From: Bacteroidales bacterium
GTDB lineage: Bacteria; Bacteroidota; Bacteroidia; Bacteroidales; JAFGUD01
DNA length: 64,000 bases
Assembly (NCBI GenBank): GCA_016938685.1
Contig: JAFGUD010000262.1
Span: 51 to 64,050, forward strand
Direction of reading: 5' to 3'
This document shows positions 58,242 to 64,000 of the stretch, piece by piece; within the stretch, counting starts at the first letter, position 1; each line of letters starts with the position of its first letter. The notes below the pieces were generated by a model that was not told the origin of the DNA, searched no databases, and saw only the letters and a list, made by a program, of their open reading frames with translations. A program made the position numbers and the translations under genes.

Positions 58242-59116
58242 ACTTTATCGATAATTTTTTCTTGTTCTCTTTTTATATATTCCAAAAGTTTTGTTGGTTC
58301 TTTATCTGTTATTTTTCGAACTGTGTCAGAAAAATTATTTTCATTTTTCCCAAATCTAGGTAAATAATGCAACATAATCATAACAAATATCATCATTGGT
58401 TTTATTCCGTATTTTTTCTTTTGAATGAAGAATTTTAAGAGATTTGGGCTTTCATATTTTATCTTGAAACCTAATGTTCTTGTCAATAAATCAGCTACAT
58501 AGTTAAAATCTTCAAACTCACTTCCTGTTATTTCATAGGCATTGTTTTTATAATTTTCAAAGTCTTGGATTATTTTAGCTCCAACTAATTCTATATCTTT
58601 AGTATCTACCCAGTTAAATTTTAATTTTCCGGAAGGTATAAATATTTTCTTTTCTTCTTTTATTTCTTTTAATAAAGTAGTGGTTAGATTTTGCATAAAA
58701 TAGCTTGGGCGAAGAAAAACATAATCAAATTTATAATTTAATATTGCTTTTTCTATTTTATAATGAGGAATATTTTTTTGATTTTCTACACCTTGAATCG
58801 ACAAAAATATTATTTTAGATACTTGTTTTTTTTGCATCATGTCAAACAAAGTTAAAAAGTATTTATTCACATTAGCTATGTTTGGTGGACGTAGAACAAA
58901 AATAATATCAATATTTTCTAAAGCTTTTTCAAAAGTATTTTTGTTTTCAAAATCAAAATTTCTGTATGATAATTCGTTGTATTTTGATAATATTTTTTTA
59001 GATTTTTCAATATTTCTTACTCCTGCTATTATTTCATGGTTGTTTTTTATAGAAAATAAGCTATCAATAGTATCTATTCCAACGTTACCTGTAGCTCCTG
59101 TTATTAGTATTTTCAT
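58238..59116 (-). CDS. NmrA family NAD(P)-binding protein
   Basis: ILITGATGNVG, PHYKIE, LRPSYFMQNL, VDTKDI, YEITG. Confidence 0.88.
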   Translation of the reverse strand: MKILITGATGNVGIDTIDSLFSIKNNHEIIAGVRNIEKSKKILSKYNELSYRNFDFENKNTFEKALENIDIIFVLRPPNIANVNKYFLTLFDMMQKKQVSKIIFLSIQGVENQKNIPHYKIEKAILNYKFDYVFLRPSYFMQNLTTTLLKEIKEEKKIFIPSGKLKFNWVDTKDIELVGAKIIQDFENYKNNAYEITGSEFEDFNYVADLLTRTLGFKIKYESPNLLKFFIQKKKYGIKPMMIFVMIMLHYLPRFGKNENNFSDTVRKITDKEPTKLLEYIKREQEKIIDKV

Positions 59117-59191
59117 GTGTTGTAGAATAATATTGATTTTTATTTTGTATAACTTTGAATCCTTTGAAATGTCTTATTTTTATATTATTTT

Positions 59192-59227
59192 AAAAAGCCA
59201 TGCTAAAACAATGTTCAGCATGACTTT
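59192..59227 (-). terminator. Intrinsic terminator after the WG-repeat gene
   Basis: Minus strand AAAGTCATGCTGAACA / TGTTTTAGCATGGCTTTTT. Confidence 0.6.
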
Positions 59228-59244
59228 CTTTTTTTTAAAATATT

Positions 59245-59799
59245 TTACTCAACTTTTTTGCCTTCTTTGTCAATATAAAACCAGGTTTCGCTGTTCCAGA
59301 TAGTGTATTCGTCCATTTGTTCATTTGTGCAGTCAAATGTTACTTCTGCAACGCCGTCTTCAAAAGGATAAGCACACATAAATTGTGGCTCTATAACTAT
59401 TTCTCCTGTCGCCGCGCTTGCAAAACCGATTTTGCCGTCTTTTACAATTCTGAAAAGTCCTTCTGAAACAAAATCAGGTCCATTCTCAATCCAAAAAACA
59501 TCGTACAAAACATTTTCATCACGGTCAATTGCATAACAATGGGCATCTTCGTCCATAACTATTGCATAAGTTTCAAATTTATCGGTGTAGCAATAAAAAT
59601 ATTTTCCGGTAGGAATTACAACTTTTCCGTCAGGTGTAGCATAACCACAAGGATTACTTATATAATCTTCATCTCCGTCAAAAATTTTAACTAGATACTC
59701 GACTTTTTTTTCTTTATCTTTTTCTTTGGTTTGACTGTTTCCGCAAGAAACCAAAAAGGAAAAAACAATTGCAATTAAAAATGTTAGTTTAAATTTCAT
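59245..59799 (-). CDS. WG-repeat (WG_beta_rep/KWG-like) lipoprotein
   Basis: Lipobox LVSC; VSEGLFRIVKDGKIGF, GEIVIEPQF..AYPFEDGVAEV, YIDKEG. Confidence 0.85.
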   Translation of the reverse strand: MKFKLTFLIAIVFSFLVSCGNSQTKEKDKEKKVEYLVKIFDGDEDYISNPCGYATPDGKVVIPTGKYFYCYTDKFETYAIVMDEDAHCYAIDRDENVLYDVFWIENGPDFVSEGLFRIVKDGKIGFASAATGEIVIEPQFMCAYPFEDGVAEVTFDCTNEQMDEYTIWNSETWFYIDKEGKKVE

Positions 59800-59831
59800 G
59801 TTTTAAATTTTGAGTTAAGATACAAAGATAT

Positions 59832-59862
59832 AAAAAAACGCCATTTTTAAAATGGCGTTTTT
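59832..59862 (-). terminator. Intrinsic terminator of the T9SS cargo gene
   Basis: AAAAACGCCATTTT / AAAATGGCGTTTTT arms; A7 on the plus strand gives the U tract on the minus strand. Confidence 0.8.
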
Positions 59863-59880
59863 GCAATTGTTAAGGATTTC

Positions 59881-62811
59881 TTAAATTTTAATTATTTGTT
59901 TAATTATTGAATTATTATTTATTTCAATTTTTATTAAATAAATGCCTGAATTTAAAGAACTTATGTCTATTTGCGAATTGTTCTGGACGTTTTGTTCAAT
60001 TAAAACTTTGCCATCTAAACTTAATATCAAAATTTTTGAATTTTCTTGAACGTTTTGTAACGTAACAAAATCTTTTGCCGGATTTGGGTAAATTACAACA
60101 TTAGAATTTGTTTCATCAATTTCTAAATGATTTAAAACAACATTAACAGTTTGATTATCACTAGCAACAATAACGTCATTTGTGTATGTTTCATAATCCG
60201 AGAGAGTTACAGTAAATGAATATGTGTCGTTTGTAAGATTAATAAGCGCGTTGCCTGCAGCATTTGTTGTTAAATCAACACTATTTATTGAAATGTTTGC
60301 TTCTTCAAGTGGGTCTGTTCCATCGGTAACATTAAAAGTAATTAGATATTCGTTAGCCCAAACATCATTAAGAGTTAATGTTTCATTCGTTAAAATAAAC
60401 GAGCGATTATCGCCACCGGACCATTCGCCACCTTCCCAGCCTGAATTCATAAAATATTTGTATTCGTAGCTGTCTTCATAAAGATTTAAAGCAAGTGAAT
60501 AAATTCCGTCAGTATCTTCGTCAGTTAAAACAAGAGTTGAATCAAGTCCTGGCTCTACCCAAGTTTTAAAAGATCCACTAATATAAACAGTGTCATTCAT
60601 TGGATCAAAATCACCAACAGCTATTTGATTATTCAAATCTACGTTAAAAATTGTAGCGTATTTTTTGAAATCAACGGAGAAATTATCAACATCAAAAAAG
60701 AAATCACCGGCAGCCCAAGTAGCAAGAATTTTAATCATAATATCTTCATTTTCGTATTCAGCCAGGTCAATACTGATTTTTGCAAAATCCAAAGAAGTAA
60801 TATGATTAGATGAATTTATTGTGTAAATAGGTTCTTCCCATGTATTTCCTCCATCAATAGAAATAATAATTTCAATTTTATCGTCGCCTAATACGGTTGG
60901 AGTTGTTGGATATGAAGTGTAATCAACAATTCTGTAATCAAAAGTAAGTTCTGTTGCTGTTGTGATTCCGGTTAAAGGCATTGTTATAATGTTGCCTGTA
61001 GGTGTACTTGACCAAAGATCAATACATAATCCGGTAGATTCATCAACTCCATGTTCATCAACTGTTAGGAAGCTGTTTCCTTGCCAATCATCAGGAAGAG
61101 AGAAAGATAAGCCTTCAAAATCTTCAAAATAAGGAATAGTAACAGTTGGGTCAACAATAGTTGTGAAACTCCATTCAGGGCATAAACTTATATCAAGTTC
61201 TCCGGTTGCATTTGAAGGTTGAATTTTCCAGAAATAAGTTGTTTCATAGTCAAAAAGGTCAACAGGAGTGTATGCTGATGTTACAATATCACCATTAACA
61301 ATATTATAATTTCCGGTTTCGGATCCTAAGTATAATTTGTATGAAGTAGGTATTCCGCCTGTACTTCCGGCTTGCCATTCTAAATTTGCATCAAGTTCAA
61401 TATCAGTCGCCATATCAGCAGGAGAAACAACTTCTGCAGCTCCGGGAGCTTCTACAAAAATAACAGGTCCCATAATATTATCAACGTAAATATTTTTATA
61501 AGATAAGCCGCTACCAGAAAAAGCCAAATAATAATTATCAGCAGTAACTGTGCTTAAATCAACCGAATATAGTGTCCAGTCATAAGGAAGAGTTGCAATT
61601 TCAGAACCAGTAACATCATTCCAGGTTATTTTATCGGTAGAATACTGGATTTTTAACGAAGGTTCGTCAGAAAAAGCGGAAGTTTTAGCAAAGAAAGTTA
61701 AATTTTCAGTTCCTGTTAGTGACACTTTAGGAGTAATAAGTCGCAAATCGGTATAAGTTGTTCCGGGTCCTGATAAATAAGCAGAATAGGAATCATCAGC
61801 TCCGGTAAAAGTAGCTTTGTACCAGTTTCCTTCCATAGACCAACCTTCGGGTAAAAAATTACCGTCAAAAGTTTCAATAAGCGAGCCTGCTGGGAATGCA
61901 ACACCAGAAAGAGCTATTTCGTGAGTTTCTTTTGTAATATCATCAATTATTTGCAGAGTTGCAGATTTTGAACCGCCTGTTTGAGGGTCAAAAGTTACAT
62001 TAATAGTATATTCATCGCCCTGATTTAGAGCAATATCTGCAGGTATATCTGCTAAAATAAAATCAGCAGCATCGGTTCCGGTAATCGTAACTTGTGAACT
62101 TAAAATATTTATTGTCCCAATACCTGCATTGCTAATAACAAAATCTTGGTTTGGAGCAGGATCTCCAATTATTAAAGAACCAAAATCAAAATTACTAAAA
62201 TCAATTGTAAATACAGGAATAGTTGGTGTGTAAAATACTTGAACATTGTCAACAAAAATATCATTGTCGGCGTTTGAAGTGGTTGATTCACAGTAAAATC
62301 CTATTTTAATATTGCCCGAATAACCTGTGAGTGGAATAGAAATGTGATCTCCTGTACTAGAAATAACTTCAGTCGATGTCCACAGTTGTAAAATATTATC
62401 TGATGACCAGGTTGCTCCGTTATCGGTTGAAATAACAACAGCAAATTTATCGTCAACGCCTAATGATGTGGAATTTGTTCCATTCCAGTTAGTTAACGCC
62501 AAATCAAAATCCAAAGTGTAGGTTTCAGAGGCACTTAGATTTAAAGAAGGAGTAAACATCCAATCGTTGACAGATATTCCGTAAATGTTAACTTTTGCGG
62601 ATTTTCCGTTAGCTACAATGTTTGCGAAATCATCAAGAATCCAAGAGCTGGAAGTTCCTGTAATTGTAGAACTAACATTTAAAATACCTTTGGCAGCAGT
62701 CCAGTTAGTTGGAGGATAAGTGTTAAAAGTTTCATCAACAAGATAAGATTGCGCAAAAGTTGTTTGCATAATTAGTGCAAATAGTGCAAAAAAAAGTAAT
62801 TTTTTTCTCAT
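59881..62811 (-). CDS. T9SS type A-sorted modular surface protein
   Basis: Signal peptide; three cleaved-adhesin/choice-of-anchor-J-like modules (DW/LITP...VDN), an ASH-like Ig domain, an FN3-like domain, a CBM20/48-like module (YISGSF..W...YEYKY) and C-terminal IYPNPA...GIYLIK. Confidence 0.88.
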   Translation of the reverse strand: MRKKLLFFALFALIMQTTFAQSYLVDETFNTYPPTNWTAAKGILNVSSTITGTSSSWILDDFANIVANGKSAKVNIYGISVNDWMFTPSLNLSASETYTLDFDLALTNWNGTNSTSLGVDDKFAVVISTDNGATWSSDNILQLWTSTEVISSTGDHISIPLTGYSGNIKIGFYCESTTSNADNDIFVDNVQVFYTPTIPVFTIDFSNFDFGSLIIGDPAPNQDFVISNAGIGTINILSSQVTITGTDAADFILADIPADIALNQGDEYTINVTFDPQTGGSKSATLQIIDDITKETHEIALSGVAFPAGSLIETFDGNFLPEGWSMEGNWYKATFTGADDSYSAYLSGPGTTYTDLRLITPKVSLTGTENLTFFAKTSAFSDEPSLKIQYSTDKITWNDVTGSEIATLPYDWTLYSVDLSTVTADNYYLAFSGSGLSYKNIYVDNIMGPVIFVEAPGAAEVVSPADMATDIELDANLEWQAGSTGGIPTSYKLYLGSETGNYNIVNGDIVTSAYTPVDLFDYETTYFWKIQPSNATGELDISLCPEWSFTTIVDPTVTIPYFEDFEGLSFSLPDDWQGNSFLTVDEHGVDESTGLCIDLWSSTPTGNIITMPLTGITTATELTFDYRIVDYTSYPTTPTVLGDDKIEIIISIDGGNTWEEPIYTINSSNHITSLDFAKISIDLAEYENEDIMIKILATWAAGDFFFDVDNFSVDFKKYATIFNVDLNNQIAVGDFDPMNDTVYISGSFKTWVEPGLDSTLVLTDEDTDGIYSLALNLYEDSYEYKYFMNSGWEGGEWSGGDNRSFILTNETLTLNDVWANEYLITFNVTDGTDPLEEANISINSVDLTTNAAGNALINLTNDTYSFTVTLSDYETYTNDVIVASDNQTVNVVLNHLEIDETNSNVVIYPNPAKDFVTLQNVQENSKILILSLDGKVLIEQNVQNNSQIDISSLNSGIYLIKIEINNNSIIKQIIKI

Positions 62812-62902
62812 GAATATTAGTTTTTTTGTTTAAAATAATAAGTGAATTTTTATTGTACAAAATTCCAATATTTTAAGTTTTAAAACTATCGTGTAAACAA
62901 TG

Positions 62903-62930
62903 AAAAAAAAAAATCATGGAATACCATGAT
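62903..62930 (-). promoter_or_regulatory. Palindrome ATCATGG-AATA-CCATGAT: terminator of the regulator gene and/or operator
   Basis: 7-4-7 inverted repeat next to an A tract, between the regulator stop and the T9SS gene start. Confidence 0.5.
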
Positions 62931-62938
62931 GTTGAAAT

Positions 62939-63583
62939 TTATTCAATAAAGCCTAATTGCATTGATTTTCGGATAAGACCTGCAAGGTTTTTTACTTCAA
63001 ATTTCTTGAAAAGATTGCTACGATATGTTTCTATGGTTGGAACGCTTATAAACAATATTTCCGAAATTTCTTTGCTGGTTTTTTCATCCGCTAAAAGCTC
63101 TAAAACCTGCTGTTCTCTTTTTGAAAGTTTTATCAACTTATTATCAGAGGGAATATTTATTAAGTCGTTGAAAATTAGTTCTTTGATTTGGTTTGAATAA
63201 TATTTTTCATTGTTTAAAACACATTCTAAGGCAAGTATTATTTCATCTGTTTGTTGTCCTTTTAGAATTATTGCGTTTACATCAATTTTTACGAGAGGCT
63301 TGATTATCTGAATGTCTTCAAACTGAGAAAGAATTACAATTTTTATGTTAGGATATTTTTTTTTGCAAATTTTTGAAAATTCTAATCCGTTCATTTCTGG
63401 CATTGAAATATCAGTTATTACAATTTCAATATTTTTGGACATGAGAATATTTAATGCTTCAAGAGCAGAAGTGCATGTTGTTATTGAACCAGTTTTGAGG
63501 TTACTTTTTGATATTACGCTCTTAATTCCTTCAAGCAAAACCGGATGATCGTCAATTATTAGTATTTCGTTAATAGTGTTCAA
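62939..63583 (-). CDS. NarL/FixJ family response regulator
   Basis: IIDDHP, TDISMPEMNG, ILK; LuxR HTH LSKREQQVL...EISEILFISVPTIETYR; TTG start. Confidence 0.94.
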   Translation of the reverse strand: MNTINEILIIDDHPVLLEGIKSVISKSNLKTGSITTCTSALEALNILMSKNIEIVITDISMPEMNGLEFSKICKKKYPNIKIVILSQFEDIQIIKPLVKIDVNAIILKGQQTDEIILALECVLNNEKYYSNQIKELIFNDLINIPSDNKLIKLSKREQQVLELLADEKTSKEISEILFISVPTIETYRSNLFKKFEVKNLAGLIRKSMQLGFIE

Positions 63584-63585
63584 TT

Positions 63586-63999
63586 TTATATGTTATAATA
63601 AGGAAATATTAAAATAATAGTAGTTCCGTGATTTATTTTACTTTCAATTTTTAATTTTCCATTTAGATATTTAGCCCTTTTAGAAATGTTTTCAAGTCCT
63701 ATTCCTGTTTTTTTATTTACAACATCAAAACCTACTCCGTCATCGTTGTATAATAATCGTATTTCGTTTTCGGTATTTATCAGTTGCAATTCAATTTCCT
63801 GACAATTAGCGTGTTTTATTGCGTTAGTAATGAGTTCTTGAGTTATTCTATATAAGGTTTTCTGAATTTCTTCGTGATCTTTAATATTGCGCCAAAATAA
63901 CGAAAAATCATCAAAAAAGTGAATATTAATATTGCTAATTTGGGTTAAAGAAATAATTAGTGCATTTATTTTCTGTTGTAGTGTAACTTCAGTAAAAAC
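63586..63999 (-). CDS. Sensor histidine kinase, C-terminal HATPase part (runs off the window end)
   Basis: The frame is open to the window edge: YRITQELITNAIKHA (N box), DDGVGF (G1), GIGLENI (G2), GT. Confidence 0.9.
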   Translation of the reverse strand, partial: VFTEVTLQQKINALIISLTQISNINIHFFDDFSLFWRNIKDHEEIQKTLYRITQELITNAIKHANCQEIELQLINTENEIRLLYNDDGVGFDVVNKKTGIGLENISKRAKYLNGKLKIESKINHGTTIILIFPYYNI

Positions 64000-64000
64000 G

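Noticed and set aside
58839-59303. 154-aa plus-strand ORF
   Set aside because: Antisense to the NmrA gene and crosses a terminator; no recognisable motif.
698-63548. The many other 60-100 aa ORFs nested in or antisense to long genes
   Set aside because: They overlap well-supported CDSs in other frames and have no protein-like features.

Overview
AT-rich chromosomal window from a Bacteroidota (probably Bacteroidales-like) bacterium, judged from SusC/SusD pairs, T9SS C-terminal sorting domains and TAnnTTTG promoter elements. It carries housekeeping genes (fumC, holA, DAHP synthase/chorismate mutase, rplY-pth-hslR, mazG, a frameshifted trkH), two back-to-back SusC/SusD loci without CAZymes, a TonB receptor/DUF4249-type pair, two T9SS cargo proteins and several signalling proteins (GAF sensor, two SpoIIE/PP2C phosphatases, a STAND-type ATPase-TPR protein, a NarL-type two-component pair cut by the window end). 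I saw no rRNA, tRNA, CRISPR array, integrase or transposase. The leading observations are: (1) a hairpin in the rplY leader whose internal loop closely mimics 5S rRNA loop E, the bL25 binding site; (2) a 1523-aa fusion of an acyl-CoA-synthetase-like domain, an apparent pseudokinase fold and a GNAT; (3) four degenerate 7/8-mer tandem tracts, each anchored at a stop codon; (4) a small secreted-protein gene with both an ECF-type promoter and a full AGGAGG Shine-Dalgarno, unusual for this phylum. All domain calls are by-eye motif recognition, not database results.
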